A stretch of DNA of 64,000 bases from Camelus ferus (lineage: Eukaryota), in the NCBI RefSeq assembly GCF_009834535.1, contig NC_045697.1:31374001-31438000 (forward strand). Direction: 5' to 3'. Position 1 is the stretch's first letter; each line of letters begins with the position of its first letter. The notes under the pieces are model-generated. The model searched no databases, was not told the DNA's origin, and worked only from the letters and a program-made list of their open reading frames with translations. Below are positions 41,188 through 54,680 of this stretch, in pieces. The translations under genes were made by a program, and so were the position numbers.

Positions 41188-42489
41188 CTGGTGAAATGAG
41201 AAAGCAAAAATAATACACTAGCACAGTAAGTGGTAAAAATTTATTCCTTAGTTTATGCAATGCAAAAAAAATTAAAAACTGTATAAAACTATTTCAATTA
41301 TTTGATTAATTGACAAGTCAGATTTGTTCATACCAAATTGCAGAATACATGTTCTATTTGGAGTGTGCCAAGCCATAACACAAACTGGTTTAATGATAGC
41401 TGACAGTTGTATGTAGGATAATTAAAATAGTACCATATGCAACTGTAACTTTCAATATACTTAATGATTATTTTGAAAGAGACAATTGTAATAGCCATTG
41501 TGATCATCAATCCAGTGATCAGGTTTTAATGTGGTTACAGTGATGTGAAATTTTAAAATGTCCCAGTAATGTTATAATTCATTTTCTAAAGATTATTCAC
41601 TAGAAATAATATATCTCATTATAAGCCCAAGGGTTTTTGAAATGGAAAGTAGCCAGGCTCCTTTAGCAAAACTGATTAGCCTGTCTTCCTACTTCAGTGT
41701 GTTTATCTATTTAAGCCAAGTTAATTAGCAAATTCACTAATGAGGTTCCTATGTCTGTTGTAAAGAAAATCCTTTTCTTAACAACCTTGTTATTTAACAT
41801 AGTATGTCAGACTAAAGCTCGACTTGGCAAAAGTCTGCAATCCATACTTGAAAAATGTAAGCATATTTTCCTTTACTGCCTGCAATGTTGCCTGGTAATA
41901 ACAGTATCTCAGTTCAAACAAATAATTAGAGTTGATGATAAAAGGGTAAATGGAACCTTAATGAATGACTTTGCCAATGGCTGTTGTTTGTTTAAGGCAT
42001 TAAGCCAAGTTCATTGTTTAGCATCTTCATACCTACTACCCTATATAAAATGATTAAAAATTCGTGGACTCAGTCTTAAGGAATTATGCGATGGAGTGTG
42101 ACTGTATCCTTGAGGTGCTGCTAATGATTTTGCTTGTCTACTCTGCATTCTGGCTGGATCTTATGCTGTGATTGTCCATCTCGGGCTAGGCATTCCACTC
42201 CCACAAACTCTTTTTGAAGGAACTGACTAACTGCAGGTAGTTTTTGCAACCACAGATCACCTGGGGTCACAGTGAAAGAGAATGGTACCTTTAAGAAAGA
42301 TCACTATGTACCTGCTAGCTTCTTTCCTACCAGCTCTATGAGCAGAGGTTTTGCATAGTACCAGCTGGCAACTGCTAGACCAATCAGATCCTCCCATTTT
42401 GTCTTTGAATTCAAAGCATGCAACGCATTTTACAAGTTTAGAGATAAGATCATGGTCCTTTTAAAGAGCAGCAATAAGCTTAGCTGGGC

Positions 42490-42650
42490 AGCTGGAATGG
42501 CTAGAAATGAGGTCGGAGATAAAGTCATAGCTTACACTGAAAGGTTTGTAAACCACGTTAAGGATTCTCGTCTTCATCAGACAGGTTATTGAAACTTGGC
42601 AAATGTAAAACCAGGAAGTAATGTGATCAGATTTACATTTTCCTTCTTCT
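42490..42650 (-). mobile_element. L2 fragment
   Basis: 'aggtttgtaaaccacgttaaggatt...caggaagtaatgtgatcagatttacatttt'. Confidence 0.55.
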
Positions 42651-43194
42651 GTAGATTTTCTTACATTAAACCTTGATTGAGTAAACCTAAGCATGTTTCT
42701 CTTATAACCTGGAAGCTGAAAGCTAAGTCTTCTCATTTGACTGATCATAGGTTTAGGTGATAATTTTGTTTTCGGCTCTTGTGTACTAGTTCTGTACTAG
42801 CCATTAGAATAGATGTTTTAGCCTCAATTTCTGCCTAGGGAGCTTGTTTTTTTTTTTTTTAATTGTCCTTACTCGACTTCTTCCAGTTCAGATCATTTCT
42901 GGTAGACCGTGTTCTACCGCTTAAAGCCTTGTATCTACAGGCTTTAATTCTCAAATAGGGTTCAGGGTCAGAAGCTGTGTCTTAACTCTGCCCCTCACTA
43001 TAAGAAGACTTGACACCATCTCATCTAAATCCCATAGTCTGAATTTCCTTTTCTGTAAAGGGATATTTTGTCTATTATGATTTATAGGTATGTTGTGAAA
43101 GAAATTTGGGAAATCTAGGTGGGGGTATTGCAACTATAAGATGATGTATGAATAAATTATTATGGTAAAGTTAATTTGATTCATATACATTACT

Positions 43195-43400
43195 GAGGCA
43201 GGGCAAGGATGGTAGAGTAATGTCATGGTCACAACATGGGCTTTAGACTTGGACAGGTTTCAATCAAAACTCTGCTACTTAGCATCTGTGTAACTTGGGC
43301 AAATTAATTAACTTCCCTGATCTTCAGCATCTTTATCTATAAAATGGAGATGGCAATATCTACTTCACAATGTTATGAGAAAGCTTTAATGATGTAAAAA
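43195..43400 (+). mobile_element. MIR SINE; a second degenerate MIR lies just upstream at ~42950-43160
   Basis: 'ctctgctacttagcatctgtgtaacttgggcaaattaattaacttccctgatcttcagcatctttatctataaaatggagatggcaata'. Confidence 0.8.
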
Positions 43401-44936
43401 AATAAGTTTTTAGAGTTTTACTTTCTTACTTAAATTTTACTTTTTTAAAAAAACGTAACTGGGGCAAGAATAAGAGTTCAATAAAAGGTTGCAATCACTC
43501 TATTCAGTACTAAATCCATTTGACTTTTTAAAACTTATATATAATCACAGGAAGCTCTTGTAGCTGATTTAGAGGTAACAGCACACAGAAAACTGATCTG
43601 GATAGAGTGTGAGCACCCTGTTCAGCAAAATAGTCTTTGGTAAGTAGAGCTAAAAATTAAAAAGGAGTTAATAGGAAGCTAGCAGTTATTCAGGAAAGTG
43701 GGAACAGAATTTGTCTTCTTCCTGCCTTTTAAATTCAGCTTTAATGTTGGTGCTGAATGCACAGTCTGCTGCTTCCTAGGTGTTGTTGAATGGTTACATG
43801 AAGGAGAGAATGACTGAATGAAGACCGTGTTTTGCGGAAGAGTCCTAGCACATTCAGGTCACTGTACGCATTGGGGAATAAAGCTAGGACCTGCAGGGGT
43901 AGAAGGTGAGATTGCTGCTCCCTCCAAAGGTAGCTCTAAGGAGTAGACACAGAAGCCTGTGGGGCAATAATCAGTAAGCAAGATGGTAATGAGGATGATG
44001 ATGACAATGGTGACGCTATCTAATGTTTCTTGAGTGACTAATAGTACATTTTCAGAGGTTTACTTATCTATTTACTTCTTTAAAATCCCCTGAGAGCAGG
44101 TACTATCCTTATTTTTATAGGAACAAACTAAAGCCAAGAGAGAGTAAAAGACTTGCTCATATTTATGTGCTGTTAAACAAACATGGGAGGAAAATAGGTC
44201 AAGAGAAAATGACCCGTTTCTAATCCCCCAGGTTTCAGCCAGGTGGAGGAAGAACCTCTCCCTCCCCGTAGATGCTTGTAGGTGTCCTGGAAAGAGGGAG
44301 CACAATCCAGGTGTTTAAAATCCCCAGAGGATGTAGCCAAGGAAGCAGTGTGCGTGCTCCACAGAGAAGGCTTTATCTCCCGTGTCAATTGCAAAAGTGC
44401 CTATCACTGTCTTAAACCCGGGGCATACCTGGGGGTATGTTCTATGCCCTGGTATTCCTAAGGACTGAGGTTGTTGGGTATTCTCAGAAAGAGAAACAAG
44501 ACAGCTCTATATTCCCTGGTGTTTAGGAAAAGGAGACAAGATTGGCTTAGGACATGGGCAAGTGCTAAGAGAAAAGAGTCAAAAAGACTTTAGGTGCTAA
44601 AGATGTTAAATTTTCCCACGCTTTTCCAGTTTCCGTTTCTCAATGAGTAGCATCTTTTTGTGTGTTCCTATCTGTAAGTGCTTAATTGCTGTGGATGTAT
44701 ATAAGCTCAGGCCATTACCAGGAAACATCCCATCTATGTACACCCAATGAGAATCCAAGAGAAGGAACAGAGGTATTTTCTGTCCGTGCATATGCACAGA
44801 CACATGTGTGCAGTTAAATTTTCTGTTTTCAGTTTGTGTCACATCTTTTCATAATGGCTAGGAATTTCATTTCTTTTCTTTCTTCCCTGCTTTCCTTCGT
44901 TACCCTACCCCCAGTGTCTAGTTTGCTGTACTTCCA

Positions 44937-45844
44937 TTTTTTTTTTTTAACAGGTGAAAATAATGGCAAACTTTATTGGCATAAATCACAGGAATTGAAA
45001 TGAGGGGAAAGCCAAGTTATAAGTTTACAGAGGAAAAAAAAAAAGAAAAATAAATCAAATCGTCAAATAACCACTGACACAGAGGGTGGACCCTGGAATC
45101 CCATGCCCTCTAGGGGAGGGGCCTGGGGCGGGTTACTGTAAACAGAGGGGTAAGGCCTATGGGTAGGGGGAGGGGCCTGGCTGACCTTCCCAGACCCCGG
45201 CTGCTCCCAGCCCTGCCACCAAGGAGGGACCCTCTTTGGGACCACAGCACACTCAGCCTCTGCTGTATCTGGAACCTGAGCTCTGCCTGTTTCATCCTTG
45301 GGGGAGAGCGCTCTGGGGGCTTCCTGCTGTCTCAGCAGGATCCTGTCTCTCTGCCCAGAATCCTATCAGGCCCCCTTGCAACAACCTGGGTTCTTTCCCC
45401 CAGGCCTCCAGTCTCCAGGGAGGGCAGGAAATTTGGGGACATGATGCACCTAGTGGAATCAACAAGGCTAATGGTCAAAATCAGATACCATCTTCCTGAG
45501 AAGGCAGAAGAAAGAACTCCAGAGAAGCAGTGAGGAGGCTGAGAATGTTCTATCTGTTGCCAGAAAGTTCACAGGGGAGCAGACACTCCTAATGGCTTAC
45601 TTGGGAAACAGTGCCCCCAAAGTGTACTTCCCCCTTCTCCTCCCTGAGGAACAGGATGGATGAGGTTTGGCATTCTGGGCCCCAAAGGGCAAGACACCCT
45701 TAAGGCCAGTTTCAGTGAAGAGTTTGCTGGCCTAGGCAGTAAGGAAGGGTTTTTTTTTTTTTTTTTTTTTAGGAATACAGCAGCTTATAAAAACAGTCCT
45801 GGTGATCTGTGAAGTTAAGAAAGGGGAGTCACAGAGCTGCTCCC
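44937..45844 (-). pseudogene. Processed (retroposed) copy of a cellular mRNA 3' UTR, 5' truncated; parent gene not identified
   Basis: Poly(T) 44937-44948 with TTTATT about 24 nt inside (AATAAA then polyA on the minus strand); GC-rich non-repeat body; degenerate ~20 bp TSD at 44920-44939 and 45845-45864 (15/20 identical). Confidence 0.75.
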
Positions 45845-47715
45845 AGTTCACTGTGCTACTATTTCTAATTTCTCCTCTCTCATTCCTGTTTACCAAGTCT
45901 CATTGGTCCTGGATTTTCACAGTTTTTTTTCCAGTCATGATAGGATATATATGACAAACAAGTGTCTCTCTTGTTAATACTGATCATATTTCACAGCATA
46001 AACTTGAAAGTATTATTACCTAGCAGATAACACAGCATCAGACACATAATAAGTGTTCAGCAAATATGTCATGTACAAGTGTAGGGCGATGGCTGTCTTT
46101 GCTCCCATGTCCTATAGGGAGGGACAAAGAGCTCAAAGGACACAGACTACCTTATCCTGCCCTATAAATTAATATTGTACAAAATAATAGACATTTCATT
46201 ATTAGTTAAAATTAAAATATAAAAATCTGGCAATAAGGAAATTAAACTTACTATCATAGAAATTTAAAATAATCACCTAGAGCAGTTTGGGACTAATTCA
46301 AGCTCAAAAAAAAAACTACATTGTTAAATATTTAGACTCATCAGCATATGAAATTCCATATAAGGGGAGTTTATCTTGGAAGTTCTTTTAAGGTTTTTAC
46401 CATTGACAGTTAGTTACATGTAGATCAGATAAAATTAGCATGCCTACTGCACACTTTAGAATATAGTTCTATAGGGACACAATAGTGGCGAAGATCCTAA
46501 AATCATAGTGTAATTTCAATAATAATATTTTCTATTCTAAATACTAGATAACAAGTATGAAGTGTATTTTCATTTGGAAGTTTATCAATGGAATTTTGAG
46601 TCTCAGTCTCAATGTGTTTCTTGTGTAATTAATTTTTTTTTTTTTCTATTATCAGCACTATTCCTATAATGTCATCTTGAGTGCTCTGTTTAACTAGGGT
46701 GAGGTTCTGAATTTTGGACAGAAATAACTTTCATTATGCCCTGCATTTTTTGGCTGCTGATTTTATCCCGTTTTCCCATTTTGTATGTGGGACCCTGAAA
46801 TCTCTAATCCGACTCTTCTTTTTTACAAGGTGTTATTATGTTCACTTCCAAAGGAGTTCATTTCTTCTGAAAGGTTAAACTATTTTTTCTACTGTCACTA
46901 TTTCTAATAGAACTTGATGATTTTGGTCAGTAACTTGTGTCTAATCTTAGGACAGTGTCTAATCTTAGGACAGTGTCTTCGTTCTCAGAAGTAGGGACTT
47001 TCATTCAAGCTCTGGGAGAAAAAGAAATCCATTTTCCTGAAAGTCTCTGAAACTAAACAGTAAATTCTCAGAGTGTGCAGCAGCTATTAACCTGGTAGTT
47101 TCACTCGATTTAGAGTCTAAATTGCTCACCAACGATTGTGTCATGACCTCATCATCTCCCTCAATGTTTCTATCTAGTCCTTTTCTTCAAACAACAGTTT
47201 CTTATTTGCTGCACTCTCTCAGCCACAATCTTTTCATTCTTCAAAGTTTCCATGCTCTCCTTCCTTATCTCTTATCTCAGATAAGAACTAGTCTTTACCA
47301 GTTGAATTCTCTGCCATCTTTAGACTCTCCCTGAGACTCTTCTAGAGCCATCCTTGAGAGTAAACTTGGCACTGCAGCAAAGCTAAGTGGTAAAGTGTTT
47401 ATAAAGCTAAGTGGTCAATCATGACTTTCTATAAAGGAAAATCAAAACTTTTATTATAGTGTATCAAGTTAATGTAAAGGGCAGTATAATTTTGATTCAT
47501 CCTGAGAACCTAAGATGGAGAGAGTTGTACCCTGGAGAAACAATCTGCTACCATAACTGCTTTCACTTCTGTAGCTCATTCTCAGGCTGATGGAATCCCA
47601 TGGCCATTTCCAAGCACACTAACTTCACATTACCATGCACTACTCCTGACTCTCAACACGTCCTTCTTACTGCTCTTTGTTCCCATTTCTCAGCCCCCTC
47701 ATATCATACACATAA

Positions 47716-47736
47716 ACACACACACACACACACACA

Positions 47737-47767
<31 letters not shown>
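47716..47767. repeat. (CA)n microsatellite with one interruption
   Basis: Directly visible. Confidence 0.97.
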
Positions 47768-47769
<2 letters not shown>

Positions 47770-47959
47770 TGCTACTTTTCCAGGTTGCCAAAAACCTACC
47801 CATTTTCCAACTTAGTCTATATCACACCTCCTTTGTGAGGCAGAGCTGACCTTCTCACATCTCCAACACCCCACCTCTGCTGAGCAAATCCCATCTTCCC
47901 ACAGGCTTCACACAGTATGGTTAAGCACATGCTAAGGACTTAGTAGGTTTAAACAAATA

Positions 47960-48340
47960 GCTTAATCTTATTTAAGCAGGTGTGGTTTTTTGGAAAGGGT
48001 GGAGGGACAGCCCTTGAGATCAACATCTGTGGAAAGTAGAGGAAGGAAGCAAGATAAAGCTGAGAACTTGAACTGTGATGCAGACCTGATGACTCTTATC
48101 CAACCCTCCAGGAGCTCTGGAGCTAAAATTGCCTGTCAGAGTCATCTGGCACTGGGCCAGATTTGGCTGTGGGCTGCACCAAAAAGGGTCTTCCCATGGT
48201 GACAGTGGCTCTCTGCAGTTGAGGGAAACCCAGAAGGGGCTGAGATAGAAAAGGCACTTGCCAACAGCATGCCTGGCAGTTCAAGCAGCATCTCCTTCCT
48301 TAAAGGGATACCTTGGGCAGCTGTGTCCACGGCACTGTGT
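47960..48340 (-). mobile_element. ERVL-class solo LTR (LTR16A-like)
   Basis: 'gaaggaagcaag...ttgaactgtgatgcag...ggagctctggagcta...gccaacagcatgcctggcag'. Confidence 0.75.
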
Positions 48341-49409
48341 AAATAGTGACAATGATTATATCACCTCAGTCAGTTACTGTGAGGATAAGAAAACATTTTT
48401 TTAAAACAGTTTGAAAAATATGAAGTGCTTTCTGTAACTTTATATTAAATATATCTGGATCCGTTTCTGGACATTTTCTTTGATTCTTAACATGATACAA
48501 TTCTAAACTACAGCCATTTTCATTTTTAAACAAATATATACAAAATAAGTAGTACCTCTGTGAAGAATCAGCATATTTTCTAATGATTTTAACAAAAAGT
48601 CTGTAACTTAAAAAAAAATTATGGTTTCTTCTCAATTTGTTGAAGATAATCTTCTAACCATGCAGGACATGAAAGGAGGCAAAGCTCAGCTGCTGAGGGA
48701 CCTGTGAGGGTGAAGCAGAAACTGGAGGTTTGGACCAATTATTGCAAGGCACCCACGGGGGCAATTTCATCTTCTTTTATCTGAGCTGTTGTAAGAGTTA
48801 CAGGGAGAGCTAAGAATAGATGCTGGTCTTCTCTCGGAAGGGCTACAAAAACTCCAATGATGTATTTCAATTAAAAAGTCTATATTTCATTAATATTTTG
48901 ATTTATTATAGATATAAGAGTTGTACATCTTATAATATTTTATAATGTTTACTCACTCTCATGTCTATGGTTGCACTGAATTTTTTCATCCTAATTTTTG
49001 CTTTGACTTTCTTTTTTTTTCTTGATTAGATTGTCCTGAGTTTTATTTATTTTCTTGAGGTTTTCAAAGAAGAAAGGTCTTTGGTATGTTTTACCTTTCC
49101 TGCATTTTTCTTGTTTTTTTTATACCTGTCTTTATATTTATAAATTCTTTCTTCTTGATTTCCTCCCTGAATTCTTTCTTCTAAACTTACTATTACTATT
49201 TAAAAATTATTATGACTACTTTAAAATATGATGACTATTACTTATTGGGAAATTGGTCTCAGCAATGCTTGGTAGACATAGCACATCCACTTTATTCTTT
49301 TTTGTTTAATATTAAGTAGTCTGTTTAATTTTCTTATAAATTGGTCATGTCACATAAGCTCTGAAAATATAAGGTTCTTATTACTTCCCCTATTCCTAGA
49401 TAGTTTGTG

Positions 49410-51266
49410 AATGAAATATCAGAAAAAGAAGGTAAAGAAACAATCTTTAAAAAATTGTATCCAAAAAAATAAAACACTTAGGAATAAATTTGACCAAGGA
49501 AGTGAAAAACTTATACACAAAGAACTACAAAACATTGACTAAGAAAATTAAAGATGACTTAAAGAAATGGAAAGATATCCCATATTTTTGGTTTGGAAGA
49601 ATTAGTATTGATAAAATGGCTATACTACCCAAAGCAATCTACAGATTGAATGCCATCCCTATTAAATTATCCAGGACATTTTTCACAGAACTAGAACAAA
49701 CAATCCTAAAATTTATATGGAATCACAAAAGACCCAGAATTGCCAAAGCAATACTGAAGGAAAAGAATGAAGCTGAAGGAATAACCCTCCCAGACTTCAG
49801 ACAATACTAGGATGCATAGAGCTACAGTAATCAAAACAGCATAGTATTGGTACAAAAACAGACATATGGATCAATAGAACAGAATAGAGAGCCCAGAAAT
49901 AAACCCATAATTTGGTCAGCTAATCTTTGATAAAGGAAGCAAGAACATACAATGGAGTAAAGGCAGTCTCTTCAGCAAATGGTGTTGGGAAGACTGGACA
50001 GCTGCATGTAAATCAGTGAAGTTAGAATACTCTCTCACACCGTACACAAAAATAAACTCAAAATGGCTTAAAGACTTAAACATAAGACAAGAAACTATAA
50101 ACCTTTTAGAAGAAAACATACACAAAACATTATCTCACATACGTCTCAAAAATGTTCTCCTAGGGGCAGTCTACCCAAGCAATAGAAACAAAAGCAAGAA
50201 TAAATAAATGGGACCTAATTAAACTTACAAGCTTCCAAGCACAGCAAAGGAAACCATAAGCAAAACAAAAAGACAACCTATGGAATGAGAGAAACATTTG
50301 CAAAAGCTGAGACTGACAAGGGCTTAATTTCCAGAATATATAAACAGCTCATACAACTTAATAATAGGAAAACAAAAAACCCAATCCAAAAATGGGCAGA
50401 ACACCTAAACAAGCAATTCTCCAATGAAGATATACAAATGCCCAATGGGCACATGAACAAATGCTCAGTATCACTAACTATCAGAGAAATGAAATAAAAA
50501 CTACAATGAGGTATCACCTCACACCAGTCAGAATGGCTGTTGGTGGGAATGTAGTTTGGTGCAGCCACTATGGAAAACAGTATGGAGATTCCTCAAAAAA
50601 CTAAAAATAGACTTACCATATGGTAAAGCAATCCCCTTCCTGGGCATATTTCCACAGAGAACCTTAATTCAAAAAGATACATGCACCCCGATGTTCATAG
50701 CAGTATTACTTACAATAGCCAAGACATGGAAACAACCTAAATGACCAACAACAGATGACTAGATAAAGAAGTTGTGTTATATTTCTACAATGGAATACTA
50801 CTCAGACATAAAAAAGAATAAAATAATGCCATTTGCAGCAACACGGACGGGCCTGGAGATTGTCATTCTAAATGAAGTGAGCCAGAAAGAGAAAGAAAAA
50901 TATATGATATATGATACCATTTAAATGTAGAATCTAAAAAAAAAGACAAATGAACTTATTTACAAAATAGAAACAGGCTCACAAACATAGAAAACAAAGT
51001 ATGGTAACCAGAGGTGGAAGGGGGTGGGAAGGGATAAATTTGCAGATACTAACTAATATATATAAGATAGATAAACAACAAGTTCATATTATGTAGCACA
51101 GGGAACTATATACAATATCTTGTAGTAACTTACAGTGAAAAAGAATATGAAAAGGAATATATGTATGTTCATGTATGACTGAAGCATTATGCTGTACACC
51201 AGAAACTGACACAAAATTGTAAATTGATTATACTTCAATAAAAACATATATACACAGAAAAAAAAA
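49410..51266 (+). mobile_element. Young lineage-specific L1, 5' truncated (C-terminal part of ORF2 plus 3' UTR), inactivated by stops, frameshifts and an internal deletion
   Basis: ORF fragments [75 protein letters not shown] and CTPMFIA..TIAKTWKQPK are L1 ORF2p motifs; 3' UTR and A-rich tail follow. Confidence 0.97.
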
Positions 51267-54200
51267 CATATAGGACATTCTCCCTCTCTTTGTATTCGTG
51301 CAGCTGGACAGTAAAAGCACCAGTGTCTGGTTGCCCCTAGGTGACATTTCCTCTCTGGTTCTTTTATTCTTCATAGATTTTGGACCAAGGCAACTACCCT
51401 GCCTAAGAACTAGGCAGGCTGACTAGCTCCATATAGACGCATTAGCAGAGAGGCCAAACATGGTTAATTTCTCCAGTTCCTTTCATGCTCGTGGGTATGT
51501 TTTAGATTGTTCTTTCCAAGGGTAAAATCTTGCTTCATATTTTGGGGTCTTCAACAATTCCTGTCATGGTCATGCCAGGACTTCTCAGGTCAAAAACTAT
51601 ATTGGAAAAATAGGGCTGGGGTGAATAGCATTACTAAGCACGTCCAAGGCCTCAAACTGAAACGCCTTGCTTTGGGGTGTGTTTCGGCAGGTCTGGGGTG
51701 TGGGTGAGGGAGGTGAGGGCTTTCTTAGTGATCTGAAATTTTAAAGATTGCTTCTCTTCTTGTTGGTAAAGTCCCACAGAAGAGAACTATTTACTTGTTG
51801 TTGAGTTCAGAGAAGGCTTGAGACAAAATAGATGGGTTATATAAGCATGTAACAGTGGAATAACTTTCTACAGCAGTGTATGTGTGTTTAATTATCTATT
51901 CTCTTCCTCTCCCTTTTATTATCATCTACGATATTTCTCCAGGGAAAACAGATTCTACCACGTTAGGAAAAATTTGAGGAAATAACGATTTTTTTTCTTT
52001 TATTGAACTAGTGAAACTAGTAATACATATAGTAATACATAACTAGTAATACGAATAATCTTGCCTGGTATTCTGGGATAATTCTCTGAGCATCTTATTT
52101 TTGGGAATTGTGTATATTTTCTGAGTTATTGACTATCAGGATTAAAAAATTTTTCTAATTCATAAAAATACCTTATTTTACTATAAAATTTGAGATCCAT
52201 AATATTTGTCTTTGGGATACAGGACACATATGTCATTATTTTCTTAAATTTTGTGTTCAGAAACATTTTATAGCAATTTGATTTTATTTCTCTACATAAC
52301 AGAATCTCTCTCTCTATGTCTTTACACACACACACCACAAGCACACACACACACTCCAGAACTTTAACTTATCCTTAAAATCCTGAAAATTTCCAACTTC
52401 TAGATGCTTTTTTTTAATGCTGCTTTTCCTTTTTGTTCTAAATCAGCAAAAGTATCTTAAGATGTTTTAAAGGTAAGGGATCAAGGGTTGCTGTATCCAC
52501 ACTTTTTTCATTGTGTTAATTGAAGTATACATTTTGACAACTAAGCCTTCCATCTGAAAGAAATATTTGAGACCTCAGATTATTCCTGTGTTAAGATATA
52601 ATGACTTTTTGAATTTTACTGATTATACAAATTGTAGCTGTTTGACATTTTTGTCTGTCTTGCAGTAGTTCTGTTCTTAGGGAAATAAACATTTTATTTC
52701 ATTCTGAAGAAAGGGTCTCCTTTTTTAACTAATGTATAGTTTCATATGTTAGGAAAATTGTTTTTCCATTATATAAGGGTATCGATACTCAATTTTAGTA
52801 GCTGAGAAGGCCTCTTTAATAATTAGGATGGATTTTCATTAAAATAGTAAAAACTCATTTAAAGAGTGATATTTGAGATTCTTCTACATCCCCAGATGAG
52901 AAGTTTCACCATGAAAAATCAGAGGTGTATTTTTAAAAAGACTTTGCCTATGAGATAAACAAATTGACAATCATTTGAGCCTTATGAGATTTTTTAAACC
53001 AAAATTTGTTTTCAATACTGCTTTTGAAATGAATTCGTATGTAAAAATAAATTAAAATTTTCTCTTAAAGAACATACGTATACATTATATCTAAAATGTA
53101 TAAATATTAAAGAATATATACATATATAGTATACATGAATGTATCTGCATACATATATAGTAACTGAAAGCAAAACAATGTAGACTTTCAAATTAAAGAT
53201 ATAATTATTTCTGAGCCTCTGTGCTTTAAAAATCCTTTATAGAAGCTCCAGAATTAGTTCTCTTTGCTACTGGGCATCTGTGTGTTTAACATTAATCAGA
53301 TTGAATTTTACAACTGACTGGCTTAAGGAGCCTAAATAAATGAAGCTAAAATAAACCTTATTTAATCGAACAGGCTGAGATTGATGATATATTCCCAAAT
53401 CATGCAGTGCTTTTTCAAAATGTCATTATATTCATACTTTTGTAAGATGAGTTTTTCCTTGTTAATGCAAGCCCATGGAGACATATTTTTGGCGGCAAGA
53501 GAACTGACAGTCTTTTAAAAACATCTGTCTAGTAATGAGATAGATCTAACTATTAGGAAATGAACTCAACAACAATTCCTACTCAGATACTGGTGATAAA
53601 CGTATCATTTATGATTAATCCTTCTTTTACTAATTAGAAGAAATCAAAACTAGAGTTAAGAGATTTTTAGTGACTTTTCCCTATCAGGAACCCAGTGAAG
53701 ATTTACTGAGTAAATAAAAGTGGCAATCTGGGCAGTTGATTCTCAGCCTCCTTTTTTCTCGATGAAAAGTCACCCATAACGGATGGCATCTATATGCATG
53801 GCAGTACTCCGCAAGCATTCATATTTGGATGAATCTGAAATTATTTTTTAAGGAAGTAAAGCTCTTCCATAATTTATATTCAGCACAACCACTAAGTTCT
53901 GAAAGGAGATCCTCTGTGTGGGGTGAGGCTGAAAAAGGGGGCAGATACAGCGTATGCTCAGTTCCAAGGACACTGTCCAGAGTTCCACGTCCTTCTCATC
54001 CATGCAGGATAAAGAAACAGCAACACAAATGACAGTCATTACAGGGATAATATCAAATTCCTTGAACTCATTCAAAATTAATTAATTATGGTGAAACGTT
54101 TACATTTTAATGTATAACAAACTCATTTTAACTACTCTTAATATACCAGTGGGTTTTGATAACACCGTGGAGAAAACTTCGTGGCTTCAACCTGCCATGT

Positions 54201-54384
54201 AAGAGAGAGACTCGTGAGGTCTTACAAACAGTTTGGCAAATTTTAAAGGCACACACTAACCATATATGTTATTAGCAGCATTATCTTTATGTTAAGAATA
54301 AGCAAAAATTAAAATCATAAATGAAAACAAAAATAATTTATAAAAGCACATTTACTTAAAAGCTTAATACTTAGTGGATCATTC

Positions 54385-54680
54385 TTTTTTTTTTTTTAAA
54401 TCCCAAACTCCTAATCTATCCCTTCTCACTCTTTTCCCCTTCTCATAACCATAGTTTGTTTTCTATGTCCATGAGTCTATTTCTGGCTTGTAAATAAAAT
54501 TTGTTTTTTTTTTAGATTCCACATATAAACAACATCATATGATATTTGTCTTTCTCTGTCTGACTTACTTCACTTAATATGATAATCTTGAGGTCCATCC
54601 ATGTTGCTGCAAATGGAGTTACTTTATGTTTTATAGCTGAGTAATATTCCACTGTATAAATGTGTATATATACCACACAG
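54385..54680 (-). mobile_element. L1 3' UTR fragment
   Basis: 'ttagattccacatataaac...tctgacttacttcacttaatatgataatc...catccatgttgctgcaaatgg...gctgagtaatattcca'. Confidence 0.88.

Noticed and set aside
45159..45533. 124 aa ORF and overlapping ORFs
   Set aside because: Chance ORFs in GC-rich UTR-like retrocopy sequence; the longest are antisense to the polyA orientation
49490..50744. ORFs as a functional gene
   Set aside because: Broken L1 ORF2 pieces with stops, frameshifts and a deletion; the endonuclease and RT core are absent
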